64,000 bases of DNA, taken from assembly GCA_963823495.1 (NCBI GenBank), contig CAWGLV010000001.1, positions 1,283,878-1,347,877 of the forward strand, given 5' to 3'. Of this stretch, positions 52,655 through 62,666 are shown piece by piece. Origin of the DNA: an uncultured Microthrixaceae bacterium (GTDB lineage: Bacteria; Actinomycetota; Acidimicrobiia; Acidimicrobiales; DATDAH01). The notes beneath the pieces are model-generated. The model ran no database searches. It worked only from the letters and a program-made list of their open reading frames with translations, and was not told the origin of the DNA. The first letter of the stretch is position 1. Each line of letters starts with the position of its first letter. A program made the translations under genes and the position numbers.

Positions 52655-53935
52655 ATGTCTGAGCCGATCATCACGTGGGGCGCCTGGGACCCGATCACCC
52701 AGAACGATCCGTATCCGCTGTTCGAGGCGACGCGCGCCGAATGCCCGGTCCGTCAGGTCCGGCTGGCCGACGGTCACGACGCCTGGCTGGTCCTCAGCCA
52801 CGAGGCGGCGCGCCAGGCGCTGAAGGACGACCGGCTCTCGAAGGACATCGCCGCTGCGCTCGAGGAGGATCCGGAGGTGGCGGATCCCGGGCTTCCGGGC
52901 CCGGCTCTGGCCCGACACATGATGAACCTCGATCCCCCCGACCACGAGCGCCTGCGCCGCCTCGTGTCGCGGGCGTTCGTGCCCTCGCGGATCAACGCCC
53001 TCGAACCGTCGATCGAGCGCATCGCCGAGGAGTTGCTCGACGAGTTGGAACGGGCCGGGCCGGACGCGGTGGTGGATCTCGTCGCCGGGTTCGCCTACCC
53101 CTTGCCGTTCCGGGTGATCAGCGAGCTACTCGGTGTCCCCGAGGAGGATCGCGGCCCTCTGCGCGAGGCGTTCAGGACCCTGTTCCAGCCGTGGAGCGGC
53201 TCGCCGCCACCCGAGGCCGTCGCCGCGTCCGACATGATCGTGGCGACCCTCGTGCGCCTCGTCGCGATCCACCGGGAGCATCCCCAGGACGATCTCGTCG
53301 GGGTGCTCGTGACCGCCAGCGACGACGACGACCGCCTGAGCGAGCAGGAGCTCCTCGGAAGCCTGTTCCAGTTGATCGTCGCCGGTCACGACACGACCAC
53401 GAGCCTGATCGGCAACGGGGTCGTCGACCTCCTCGAGCACCCGGAACAGTGGCGCCTCCTGGGCGAGGACCCCGATCGGTTGCCCGCGGCGATCGAGGAG
53501 CTGATCCGGTTCTCCGCGCCCGTGCCCCACGCCACCTTCCGTGTGACCACCGAGCCGATGGAGCTCGCGGGCGTGGAGATCCCGGCCCGCGAGCAGGTGC
53601 TGGTCTGCCTCGGTGCGGCCAATCACGATCCGGAGTTCTTCGAGGCCCCCGAGGTGCTCGACATCAGCCGGGAGTCGCGACCGCATCTGGGGTTCGGACA
53701 CGGCATCCACTTCTGCCTGGGTGCGCCGCTTGCTCGTCTCGAGGCACGCGTCGCGTTCGCCGCCCTCCTCGAGCGCTTCCCTGATCTCGGTCTCGGTGTG
53801 GACCGCCGCGAACTGCGTTGGACCCACGGCGACGGACTCGTGCTCCGCGGCCTCGATGAACTCCCGGTCCGCTTGGGTGCCCCTCGGACCACCCGAGTGC
53901 GGACGAGGGCCCCGAACGCCGACCGGCATCGGTGA
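52655..53935 (+). CDS. cytochrome P450
   Basis: AGHDTT (I-helix), ELIR (ExxR), heme loop FGHGIHFCLGAPLAR. AAGGAG SD lies 8 nt upstream of ATG 52655. Confidence 0.92.
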   Translation: MSEPIITWGAWDPITQNDPYPLFEATRAECPVRQVRLADGHDAWLVLSHEAARQALKDDRLSKDIAAALEEDPEVADPGLPGPALARHMMNLDPPDHERLRRLVSRAFVPSRINALEPSIERIAEELLDELERAGPDAVVDLVAGFAYPLPFRVISELLGVPEEDRGPLREAFRTLFQPWSGSPPPEAVAASDMIVATLVRLVAIHREHPQDDLVGVLVTASDDDDRLSEQELLGSLFQLIVAGHDTTTSLIGNGVVDLLEHPEQWRLLGEDPDRLPAAIEELIRFSAPVPHATFRVTTEPMELAGVEIPAREQVLVCLGAANHDPEFFEAPEVLDISRESRPHLGFGHGIHFCLGAPLARLEARVAFAALLERFPDLGLGVDRRELRWTHGDGLVLRGLDELPVRLGAPRTTRVRTRAPNADRHR

Positions 53936-54172
53936 CGGCTCGTCCTTGTCGGGCCCACCTTCGGAGGTGGTCGCGTACGAGGCTGACGGGCCCACCGCGG
54001 GCCAGGACCACGACAACACGCGGACCGCGGTGGACTCGGCCATCGACAGGGCTGGCGGCGAGGTCCGGTGGGCCAGTGAGTCGAGCGGGCTCAACAGCGC
54101 GGCTGGAGCGCGGCGGCGGCAACGGCTGGAGGGTCAACCCTGAGCTCTGCGGCCAACGAGGACGGAGACACG

Positions 54173-56035
54173 GTGAACGCGATAGGTGACTACGGCGTCA
54201 TCGGCGACTGCCACTCGCTGGCCCTGGTCGGTCGCGACGGCTCCATCGACTGGTGCTGCTTCCCCCGTTTCGACTCGCCGTCGGTCCTGGGCCGGGTTCT
54301 GGACGACGAGCGGGGCGGTCACTTCTCCATCGCGCCCCGTGAGCCGGTGGTGGGAGTCGAGCGGTCGTACCTGCCCGCCACCAACGTGCTCGCCACCTGC
54401 TTCGAGGTGGCCTCGGGCCTGCTGGAGGTCACCGATTGCATGCCCGTGGCCCGGTTCGACGCCGAGCGGCCCGCCGAGGTGACCACCCGTCACTCGGTGC
54501 TGCGCCGGGTCCGCTGCCTGGAGGGGCGGGTCACCGCCGAGATCCACCTCGAGCCCCGCCCCGAATACGGGGTGGTCCGGGCTCGCTTCACCCGGAGGTC
54601 GGACACGTCCTGGTCGATCGTCGGCGGACCGGACGCACTATGGGTGCGGGCCACCCGCCCCGTCGAGGGCGACGAGGACCGCGTCGCCTCGGCCTGGTCA
54701 CTGGTCGCGGGCGAGGAGGAGTTCATCGAGATGGCCTGGACGCCGGCCGCCGGGCCGCCGCCGGAGGGGTCGGTCGACCCTCGCTCCGCCCTCGGGACCC
54801 GGTTCACCGACACCGTGGCGTTCTGGCAGGAGTGGTTCGCCAACTGCTGCTCATACGACGGGGAGCACGCCCGCAAGGTCCACCGCTCGGCCCTCGTGCT
54901 CAAGGCGCTCACCTACGCTCCCACCGGGGCCGTGGTCGCGGCCGGGACGACGTCGCTGCCCGAGTGGATCGGCGAGGGTCGCAACTGGGACTACCGCTTC
55001 ACGTGGATCCGAGACGCCACGCTCACGTTGGCGTCCCTGGTGATCCTCGGGTCGCTGGGCGAGGCCGCCGCCTTCAAGGGATGGTTGGAGCGCACCGCGG
55101 CGGGCCGGCCCGAGGACCTGCAGATCATGTACCGGGTCACCGGGGAGCGGCTCCTCGCCGAAGTCGAGTTGGACCACCTGGCCGGCTATCGGGGGTCGCG
55201 ACCCGCGAGGGTGGGCAACGGGGCCGCCGGGCAGGTGCAGCTCGATTCCTATGGTCAGCTCTTCGAAGCGGCCCAGGGCTTCGTCGCGGCCGGAGGCGAG
55301 CTGACGGCCTCCAACGGCGAGTTCCTGGCCCGGCTCGCAGAACTGACGGTGATGTCGTGGCGTCAGCCCGACCACGGCATCTGGGAGATCCGCGACGAGC
55401 CCCGCCACTTCGTGCACTCCAAGCTGAACTGCTGGGTCGCTCTCGACCGGGCCGTGCGTATGGCTCGGGCGGGCCACCTGTCGGGCCCGGTTGACCGGTG
55501 GGCGCACGAACGGGACCTGGTGGCCGACTGGCTCATGACCGAGGGCTCGCCCGACGGCTGGTTCGTGCAGGCCGGGGGCCGGTCCGTAGCCGACGCCGCC
55601 ACCCTGCTGGTCCCCGCCCTCGGCTTCCTGCCCGTCGGCCATCCCGAGGTGGCCCGGACCGTCGAGACGGTCACCCGCGACCTGAGCGACGGCACCCTCG
55701 TTCACCGCTACCTGGACCCCGACGGCCTGGAGGGCCGGGAGGGGGCCTTCTTGTTGTGCTCGTTCTGGTTGGCCGACTGCCTGATCCACGCCGGTCGCCT
55801 GGACGAGGCCGACGAGCTGATCGAGTCGCTGCTGGGGCTGGCGAACGACGTCGGCGTCTTCTCCGAGATGATCGACCCCGCGACGGGCGAGGCCCTGGGC
55901 AACACGCCGCAGGCCTTCACCCACATGGCCGTCGTCACGTCCTCCGACGCTCTCACGGCCGCCCGCCGGGGGCGCCTCCCTCCGCCCGACGAGCCCTATT
56001 CCTTCGCCATGGCCGCGCTCGAACGACGCCGATGA
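54173..56035 (+). CDS. glycoside hydrolase family 15 (glucoamylase/trehalase-like)
   Basis: IGDYGVIGDCHSLALVGRDGSIDWCCFPRFDSPSVLGRVL...NWDYRFTWIRDA...FLLCSFWLADCL. Confidence 0.88.
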   Translation: MNAIGDYGVIGDCHSLALVGRDGSIDWCCFPRFDSPSVLGRVLDDERGGHFSIAPREPVVGVERSYLPATNVLATCFEVASGLLEVTDCMPVARFDAERPAEVTTRHSVLRRVRCLEGRVTAEIHLEPRPEYGVVRARFTRRSDTSWSIVGGPDALWVRATRPVEGDEDRVASAWSLVAGEEEFIEMAWTPAAGPPPEGSVDPRSALGTRFTDTVAFWQEWFANCCSYDGEHARKVHRSALVLKALTYAPTGAVVAAGTTSLPEWIGEGRNWDYRFTWIRDATLTLASLVILGSLGEAAAFKGWLERTAAGRPEDLQIMYRVTGERLLAEVELDHLAGYRGSRPARVGNGAAGQVQLDSYGQLFEAAQGFVAAGGELTASNGEFLARLAELTVMSWRQPDHGIWEIRDEPRHFVHSKLNCWVALDRAVRMARAGHLSGPVDRWAHERDLVADWLMTEGSPDGWFVQAGGRSVADAATLLVPALGFLPVGHPEVARTVETVTRDLSDGTLVHRYLDPDGLEGREGAFLLCSFWLADCLIHAGRLDEADELIESLLGLANDVGVFSEMIDPATGEALGNTPQAFTHMAVVTSSDALTAARRGRLPPPDEPYSFAMAALERRR

Positions 56036-56243
56036 CAGAGGCCGTCGAGCGCTCGACCGTCGCCGGTTCGCCGTCGACCATGCCCCATGGTCCTGTGGGG
56101 CGCGGGCTGGTCGATGGCCGAGCCGGTGCCTGCATGTGCCGTGCGGGAGTAGGGGGGGTCGACCGGACACGGTCCAGGCAAGCGGACCGCCAGTCGGATG
56201 GATGACCCGACGTGCTGTCCGCCGTGGGCTCGAGACCCGGCGC

Positions 56244-56267
56244 CTGCTCTCAGCCGGCTGAGAGCAG
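56244..56267. terminator. 24-nt perfect palindrome spanning the stop codon of the nucleotidyltransferase gene
   Basis: CTGCTCTCAGCC/GGCTGAGAGCAG, between convergent genes (GH15 ends 56035; the NTase stop is at 56250-56252). Confidence 0.35.
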
Positions 56268-56831
56268 CGCTTCCAGGGCGGCAACGAGATCTCGGCCCCG
56301 AGCAAACCCGCGGTCCTCGATGAGAGCCACGGCCTGTCGGGCCCGAGTGACCTCGACGTCGGAAGCGACACCGGCCAGCGCGCGTAGGTCACCGGCATCT
56401 TGAGGCCGGGTTGCGTCGTCGCGGGCCAGCAGCTTGAGAGCGATGAGGTGACCGACCCGGGCAACCGGGATGTCCAGGCCCGGGAGCACCTCGATCGCCT
56501 CGGCGGCGTCGGCGACCTCGTGCTCGATGCCCGACGATGCGAACAGCACGTCGACGAGCTCACCGCCGGTCAGCCGGATGCGCGATGTCGCCAACCGGCC
56601 GACGGACTCCTGTTCGACGTTGGCGACCAACGTGTGGCCGTCATCGAGCAGGAGGCGAACCAGTGACTCCGCAGTCTTGTCGTCATCAACGGCGACCACG
56701 AGATCGATGTCGCGGGTGAACCGGGGCTCGGTACGGACCGAGACCGCGAAGCCCCCGACGAGTGCACACCTCAGGCCGAGTGAGTCGGCTGCATGGCGAA
56801 CGACCGAACAGCCGACGGAGAGGTCGCTCAA
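56250..56831 (-). CDS. nucleotidyltransferase-fold protein (AbiEii/MNT-like), putative toxin or antitoxin component
   Basis: ORF 56250..56831: ALVGGFAVSVRTEPRFTRDIDLVVAVDDD (GG...R.T.DIDL NTase-type motif). The family assignment is approximate. Confidence 0.55.
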   Translation of the reverse strand: MSDLSVGCSVVRHAADSLGLRCALVGGFAVSVRTEPRFTRDIDLVVAVDDDKTAESLVRLLLDDGHTLVANVEQESVGRLATSRIRLTGGELVDVLFASSGIEHEVADAAEAIEVLPGLDIPVARVGHLIALKLLARDDATRPQDAGDLRALAGVASDVEVTRARQAVALIEDRGFARGRDLVAALEALLSAG

Positions 56832-56835
56832 GGAG

Positions 56836-57027
56836 TCACGGGCCGATGACGACGTGGCCGGGGGCGTCCAAGGGCCGATCGATCAGCCAGCCCTCGAGTC
56901 GCCCATCGATCTCCTGGTCGGTTTCATCGGGGTGACGGCGCCGAAGGTTCGAACGCATCATCTCGATGCCCTCTTCGGCCATGGCGACGGCCTGAGCGAA
57001 ACGGCGGGCCTCAGGTGAGTCAGCCAT
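56836..57027 (-). CDS. small helical partner protein (63 aa) upstream of the nucleotidyltransferase
   Basis: Inner ATG of ORF 56836..57285: MADSPEARRFAQAVAMAEEGIEMMRSNLRRRHPDETDQEIDGRLEGWL. Ends 4 nt before the NTase start. Confidence 0.45.
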   Translation of the reverse strand: MADSPEARRFAQAVAMAEEGIEMMRSNLRRRHPDETDQEIDGRLEGWLIDRPLDAPGHVVIGP

Positions 57028-57589
57028 GACCCAATTGTATGGCGCTCGGGACGCTCGTCTCGGACCCCACTGGTCCAAGTCGACCTGCGACCGGTCGGGC
57101 CGGCCCCTTCCTGTCGACGACAACACGGTGGTCGTCGAGAAGGTCGTCGACGGCCCGGTACCCCCGGGCGCCGTCTTCGAGGTCGAGGTCACCTGCCAGG
57201 GCCTCCCCAACGGCGACGCGGCCACCGAGGGGGTCGGCGTGGAGATCTTCCGCTTCGATGAGAACGGCGATCCGATCGGCGTCAACAGCCTCAGCCTGGG
57301 TCAGGGCAACGTGTGCACCGTGGTCGAGACCGTCACCAACGGGGCGTCGGTGAGCTACGCCTGCGACACCCGGGTCGTCAACGGCATACCCGCCGGCGCT
57401 GAGGGGCCGCCACCGGCGCCGGTCTTCGTCGAGTGCGTCGACTCGCAGACGGTGCACTTCTACGACATCTCGGGGGCCGAGGCCACCTTCACCGTCACCA
57501 ACACCTTCGAGGAACCGCCGCCCCCCGATGTGGCTCCCGACGACGTCGCCGCCGACGTGGTGGCCGCCACACCCCCCTTCACGGGCTGA
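57026..57589 (+). pseudogene. probable 3' remnant of a surface protein (DUF5979/Cna-B-like fold), no signal peptide
   Basis: ORF 57026..57589: VVVEKVVDGPVPPGAVFEVEVTC...VCTVVETV...ATFTVTNTF, then a Pro-rich linker ending ATPPFTG. The N-terminal 40 aa look non-native, and the ATG overlaps the divergent gene's start. Confidence 0.4.
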
Positions 57590-57756
57590 GACCCCGGGCT
57601 GACCTCGACTCTCGCCCGTCTCGAGCCGAGCGCACGCGGATGCGGGACGCGGCCGCCATTCGGGGGGCCAGTCCGGATGTTCTTTGAGGGGCCGGTCCGA
57701 ATGTGGCTGCCGGGGCGCAGCCGCCCCCTGGGCAGGTCGGGCGCGGCCCCGGCGGC

Positions 57757-59301
57757 TCAGGCGTCGTAGGCCGGGGGCGTCATCTGGCTGGTGCAGGTGT
57801 CGTCGGGTGGGCCCGTGGGGTCGTCGACGAACTCGCCGAGCATGGCCGTGGGGCAGGGGTGCGCGCCGACCGACCCGTGACCGATGCCGGGGAAGGAGAA
57901 GAACGAGGCCGTTGGGCCGAGGCGCTGGGCGGTCTCCTCCCCGTCGGCGGGGTCGAGGCGAGGGTCGTTGTCGCTGCCGAAGACCAGGACCGGCACATCC
58001 GTGCTCCCCACGGTGTCGAAGGCGTCCTCGACGGCGTCGGTGTCGATGGCAACGCAGATCTCGGGGAACTGGGGGTCGTCGAGGAGCACCGAGCTGTAGA
58101 GCGGTTCATCGGCGCGGAGCCGGGCCAGGTCGGTGGGCTCGGTTCGCGCCCGGTCGGCACAGGTGACCGCCGCGTAGACCCCTTCGGCTCGGGCAAGATC
58201 GGCCGCATCTGCCAGTTGGCCGAGGAACAGGTCGATCGGCGACGAGTCCCCGGAGGCCAGTCCGTCGATGAACCCCGGAAGAGCAGGGAGCAGGCTGGTG
58301 AGGTATTGACCCTTGTAGAGCGCCCACACCACGTCCTCGCCGGTGATCTGCAGACGCCGTTCGGCGCCGGAGGGGTCGGTGACCGTGGTCTCGTAGGGAG
58401 CATCGTCGAAGCGGGAACGGGCGGCGGCCAGGTTGGCTTCGAGGTCGGGGTGGGCCTCAGCGCAGGCCGGGTCGTCATCGCAGGTGTCGTAGAGGACGTT
58501 GAAGGCCCGCTCGGCGTCGACGACGATCCCGGCCGGGCCGACGTTGTCGGCGAACGGTGGCGCCGCGGCGTCCAGGGTGACCGAGCGCAGGCTCTCGGGA
58601 CCCGAACGCACGGCCTCGAGGCCGACCGTGGTCCCGTACGAGTAGCCATAGAGGTTCCACTCGTCGACACCGAGAGTGGTCCGCAGATCCTCCAGGTCGG
58701 CGACGGTGACGGGCGTGTTGTACTGGTCGAGCGCGACGCCCTCGTCGCGCAGTCGGTCGAAGCAGGATCCGTAGGCGTCCTGGAGCCGCTGCTTCTCCTC
58801 CGCCGCCGGATCGACCGTCTCGAGCAGCGAATGGAGGACGTCTTCCACCTCGGGGCAGTCCAGCGACGGGTCGGCCAGCCCCGTCCCCCGCTGATCGAAC
58901 AGGATCACGTCCCGGTTCGTGAACAGGTCGCCGAGGGTCGCCGTGTACGCCGGGTCGAACCCGGACCCGCCCGGACCACCCTGGAGGAACACGACCGGGT
59001 CCGGTTCGGGATCGGGGTCGGTCGCCTTGAGGACGGCAACGGGCAAGACGACCTGTGCGCCGGTCGGGTCTTGACGATCTTCTGGCACCGTCAAGGTGCC
59101 GCACTCGATGTCCGACCGGTCCTCGGGCAGGCGGGGCGGGGCGAACAACTCGCCCTCGCACGGCATTGCCTCGAACTCCGGCTGATACGCCACGGCCGTG
59201 GAGGGCGAGGTGATCGAGGGGGTCGTGGGGGTCGCCGACCCACCGTCGTCTCCAGCACATCCAGTGGCGACCAGCGCCAGGATGCCGAGTAGGCCCGGCA
59301 T
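57757..59301 (-). CDS. secreted lipoprotein, alpha/beta hydrolase (tripeptidyl-aminopeptidase-like)
   Basis: ORF 57757..59358. Lipobox at MPGLLGILALVATGCAG. VVFLQGGPGGSG; the predicted nucleophile-elbow motif GYSYGT was not confirmed letter by letter. Confidence 0.78.
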   Translation of the reverse strand: MPGLLGILALVATGCAGDDGGSATPTTPSITSPSTAVAYQPEFEAMPCEGELFAPPRLPEDRSDIECGTLTVPEDRQDPTGAQVVLPVAVLKATDPDPEPDPVVFLQGGPGGSGFDPAYTATLGDLFTNRDVILFDQRGTGLADPSLDCPEVEDVLHSLLETVDPAAEEKQRLQDAYGSCFDRLRDEGVALDQYNTPVTVADLEDLRTTLGVDEWNLYGYSYGTTVGLEAVRSGPESLRSVTLDAAAPPFADNVGPAGIVVDAERAFNVLYDTCDDDPACAEAHPDLEANLAAARSRFDDAPYETTVTDPSGAERRLQITGEDVVWALYKGQYLTSLLPALPGFIDGLASGDSSPIDLFLGQLADAADLARAEGVYAAVTCADRARTEPTDLARLRADEPLYSSVLLDDPQFPEICVAIDTDAVEDAFDTVGSTDVPVLVFGSDNDPRLDPADGEETAQRLGPTASFFSFPGIGHGSVGAHPCPTAMLGEFVDDPTGPPDDTCTSQMTPPAYDA

Positions 59302-59508
59302 CCGCCGGAGAGACGCGCCCACCTGCGCCGTCAGCGTTCCTGCCTTCGCGTCTCGCATGATCCACCTCGTGTCGGAGTCACCGGACTCGACGGTGGCCCC
59401 GGGAGGGTGATCACGTCAGAGGCGAACGTCCTCCATCCGGAAGCAGGTCGAAGGGGGTCCTTGGGCTCTGACCGAACGCCTGCGACGCGGCGTCCGCCCC
59501 AGGTCGCG

Positions 59509-60966
59509 CTAGAGACTGGAGGCCAGGTCGGCCGGGGACTTGCCCGACCAGCGGGGGCCGAAGCTCCAGTCCGGCTGCTTGTCCCGGTGGGCCTCGTCCA
59601 GGTGGGCCACCGTGCCCTCGAGCGAGGCGATCGAGGCGATCAGTTCCGGCCCGGCGGGGGCGGCGTGGCCGCCCACGTGGGCGGCGAGGGCGTCGCCGAA
59701 GCGGTCGAGGACGCTGCTCAGCACCAACTCGAACTGGACGGCCAGGTTGCAGCGGGCGCCGTTGGTCACGGTGCCCAACCGGTCGCGGATGGCGGCCAGG
59801 TCCCGCTCGTCGGCCTCGGAGCGGCGCACCCGCCCGAAGAGGTCGGCCAGGGCGAGGCCGTCCTCCTTGCAGGGCACGCAGAGGCCGCAGGACTCGACGG
59901 CCAGGAAGCGGGCCACGCCTTCGGCCACCGCCGCGATGTCGGCCCGCTCGTCGAAGGCGATGAAGGCCCCCGCCCCCAGCATCCCACCGATCGCGGCCAT
60001 GCCTTCGAAGCTCACCGGGGTGTCGAGCTGCTCGGCGGTCAGCAGGGGGGTGGCGGCGCCGCCGAGGACCGCGAGGATCTCGTGGCCGGGCTCGGGACCG
60101 CCACCGATGAGGTCCAGCACCTCCCGCAGCGGCGTGCCCATCGGGACCTCGCCCACACCCGCCCGCTGGGTCGCGCCGGTGACCGTGCACACGATCGTGC
60201 CGGCCGACTCGGCGGTGCCCACCGAGCGGAACCAGTCGGAGCCCTGGAGGATGATCCCGCGGACGTTGGCCAGGGTCTCGACGTTGTTGACCAGCGCCGG
60301 CGAGCCCACCGCCCCGGCCCCGGCGCCGGCCAACTCGATGTGGGCGGCGGAGGCGGTGGCCAGCTCGGGGCCGACGGACCGGTCGAGCACGTCGTGGACG
60401 CCCCGTCGGTAGGGCGGGGCGATGCGGGGGAACGGCGGGCGCCCGTCGATCGCCTCCAGCATCGCCGTCTCCTCGCCGTAGAGGTAGGAGTCGGGCCCGG
60501 CGAACACGCTGACGGTGACGCCGTCGCACCAGCCCGCCTCCGTGGCCTCGGCGATGGCGGCCTCGACCCGCTCCCGCAGGTCGGAGTACCGCTCCTTCAT
60601 GGCGACGAGCACGTCACCCGCGCCCACCGCGACGGCGGCCACCAGGGCGCCTTCGAGGACGAGGTAGGGGTTGCGCATCAGGATGGCCCGGTCCTTGAAG
60701 GAGCCGGGCTCCCCCTCGGCGGCGTTGACCACGGTCGTCGGCGCCACCGCGGCGCCCACCCCGTGGTCCCGCACCTGCCGCCACTTGGCCCCCGCGGGCA
60801 CGCCCGTGCCGCCCCGGGACCGCAGGCGGGCCGCCTCGATCTCCTCGATCACCGCCTCGGGCTCGGCGGCCCGGACCGCAGCCAGTGCCCGCCCTCCGCC
60901 GTCGTCGAGGTAGGACGCGAGATCTGGGACCGGCGCGGGGGCAAGGGTTCGCGTGAGGGTCGGCAT
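59509..60966 (-). CDS. NuoF-like (complex I 51-kDa family) FMN/[4Fe-4S] protein, orphan
   Basis: SRGGTGVPAGAKW, NAAEGEPGSFKDR, ESCGLCVPCKEDG. No NuoE/NuoG neighbours in the window. Confidence 0.75.
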   Translation of the reverse strand: MPTLTRTLAPAPVPDLASYLDDGGGRALAAVRAAEPEAVIEEIEAARLRSRGGTGVPAGAKWRQVRDHGVGAAVAPTTVVNAAEGEPGSFKDRAILMRNPYLVLEGALVAAVAVGAGDVLVAMKERYSDLRERVEAAIAEATEAGWCDGVTVSVFAGPDSYLYGEETAMLEAIDGRPPFPRIAPPYRRGVHDVLDRSVGPELATASAAHIELAGAGAGAVGSPALVNNVETLANVRGIILQGSDWFRSVGTAESAGTIVCTVTGATQRAGVGEVPMGTPLREVLDLIGGGPEPGHEILAVLGGAATPLLTAEQLDTPVSFEGMAAIGGMLGAGAFIAFDERADIAAVAEGVARFLAVESCGLCVPCKEDGLALADLFGRVRRSEADERDLAAIRDRLGTVTNGARCNLAVQFELVLSSVLDRFGDALAAHVGGHAAPAGPELIASIASLEGTVAHLDEAHRDKQPDWSFGPRWSGKSPADLASSL

Positions 60967-61150
60967 GACTGCTCCTCTCCGGTTGTCAGCCCCAGCATCG
61001 GGTCGACCCCGTCGACCGGCCAGGGCCGAAGGACCCGACTACCCCCGACCCCCACCACCTGCGACCACCCCCGACGGCGGCCGGGGTCCCCCGGGCGGCG
61101 CCGACGGGCCGTGACTAGCCTGATGACCCCGCGACCTGAAGAGGTGTGTC

Positions 61151-61711
61151 ATGACCTTCACCGATGTCCTCGCCCAGTCCCAAGACGTCGCCCGGACCGT
61201 GCTGACCAACGTGTCGCCCGATCAGCTCGAGCTCGAAACCCCGTGCAGCGAATGGAACGTGGCCCAGCTCATCGACCACCTGGTCGGTGGCCAGCACTGG
61301 GCCCGCTGTGGCGTGCAGGGCGTCGAGGTGTCGGACACGGGCGAGGGTGCAGCCCAGGGGGACTTCGTCGCCACCTTCGACCAAGCCGCCCAGGACAACC
61401 TCGCTGCCTTCTCCGAGGAGGGGGCGCTGGGCCGCACGGTCAACCCCGGTTTCGGGGACATGCCCGCGTCGGCCCTGATGGGCCTGTCGGCCACCGACAC
61501 CTTCACCCACGCGTGGGACCTCGCCCGGGCGACCGGTCAGGACACCGACCTCGCCCCCGGCCTGGCCGCCATGCTGCTCGAGCAGTCCCGCCAGGCGATC
61601 CAGCCCGCCTTCCGCAGTGAGGAGGGCACCATCTTCGGCATGGAGCAGGCTGCGCCCGACGGCGCCCCGCCGGCCGACCAGCTGGCCGCCTTCCTGGGCC
61701 GCTCCGTCTGA
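61151..61711 (+). CDS. TIGR03086-like DinB-superfamily metal-binding protein
   Basis: MTFTDVLAQSQDVARTVLTNVSPDQLELETPCSEWNVAQLIDHLVGG...THAWDLARATGQ. Confidence 0.78.
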   Translation: MTFTDVLAQSQDVARTVLTNVSPDQLELETPCSEWNVAQLIDHLVGGQHWARCGVQGVEVSDTGEGAAQGDFVATFDQAAQDNLAAFSEEGALGRTVNPGFGDMPASALMGLSATDTFTHAWDLARATGQDTDLAPGLAAMLLEQSRQAIQPAFRSEEGTIFGMEQAAPDGAPPADQLAAFLGRSV

Positions 61712-61765
61712 GGCCCTCTCCGGTGACCGCCCGGTCGGTCCGCCACCGGTCGGTACGGTGGGCCG

Positions 61766-62515
61766 ATGGCCAAGACGGTTCTCATCACGGGTGCGGGTTC
61801 GGGGTTCGGCAAGGGCGCGGCGGTCGAGTTGGCGGCCCGGGGCCACCGGGTGATCGCCACGACCGAGACCACAGCGCAGGCCGAGGCGCTCGGCGCCGAG
61901 CACCCCGACCTGACGGCGAGGAAGCTGGATGTCACCGACGCCGCCGACGTGGCCGGCGCCGGTGAGCTCGATCTCGACGTGCTCGTCAACAACGCCGGGT
62001 TCGGGGTCATGGCGCCCCTGACCACCGTTCCCCTCGAGCGACTGAAGGCCGGCTTCGAGGTCAACGTCTTCGGGATGGTGGCCATGTGCCAGGCGGTGAT
62101 CCCGGCCATGAAGGCCAAGGGGGCGGGCCGGATCATCAACATGTCCTCCATCGCCGGGGTGCTCTCGGGGCCGATGACTGCGCCCTACGCCATGACCAAG
62201 CACGCGGTGGAGGCCTTCACCGTCGCCCTCCGGGACGAGCTGTCGCCCTACGGGATCGACGTGACCAAGCTCAACCCGGGTCCCTACGCCACGGGCTTCA
62301 ACGACACCATGGTCAACGGCATCGCCGGCTACATCGACGAGGGCGACGCCCCGGCCGCGGCGGCCGAGGAGTTCATCCGCGCCATCGTGCTCACCGACCA
62401 GGCCGACCCCGACGAGGTCGTGCAGGCGGTGGCGGACCTGGCCGAAGCGGAGACGACCCCGCTCGAGACCTTCCTGCCCCCCGGCATCCGGGAGCTGATC
62501 GCCCCCGCCGACTGA
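61766..62515 (+). CDS. short-chain dehydrogenase/reductase (SDR)
   Basis: TGAGSGFGKG, NNAG, SSIAG...YAMTKHAVEA (YxxxK). Confidence 0.9.
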   Translation: MAKTVLITGAGSGFGKGAAVELAARGHRVIATTETTAQAEALGAEHPDLTARKLDVTDAADVAGAGELDLDVLVNNAGFGVMAPLTTVPLERLKAGFEVNVFGMVAMCQAVIPAMKAKGAGRIINMSSIAGVLSGPMTAPYAMTKHAVEAFTVALRDELSPYGIDVTKLNPGPYATGFNDTMVNGIAGYIDEGDAPAAAAEEFIRAIVLTDQADPDEVVQAVADLAEAETTPLETFLPPGIRELIAPAD

Positions 62516-62534
62516 TCCCCGTGCCGACGCGGGT

Positions 62535-62666
62535 GTCACCGCTCGGTCCCGCGCTCACAGGGTCAGCCAGAGCCGCAGGAGCTGGCGGCGGTGGTCCGGC
62601 GTCACCGCTCGGTCCCGCGCTCACAGGGTCAGCCAGAGCCGCAGGAGGTGGCGGCGGTGGTCCGGG
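62535..62666. repeat. two tandem 66-bp copies duplicating the 3' end (last ~15 codons, stop and ~20 nt downstream) of the TauD-like gene
   Basis: GTCACCGCTCGGTCCCGCGCTCACAGGGTCAGCCAGAGCCGCAGGAG[C/G]TGGCGGCGGTGGTCCGG[C/G] occurs at 62535-62600 and 62601-62666, with 2 mismatches. Confidence 0.85.

Noticed and set aside
57664-57704. Imperfect 17-nt direct repeat GGGGCC[A/G]GTCCG[G/A]ATGT spaced 24 nt apart, sharing TTGAGGGGCC with the 26842 hairpin loop.
   Set aside because: It is too short and degenerate to call a repeat family from two sites. It lies between convergent genes and may simply be terminator-like sequence.
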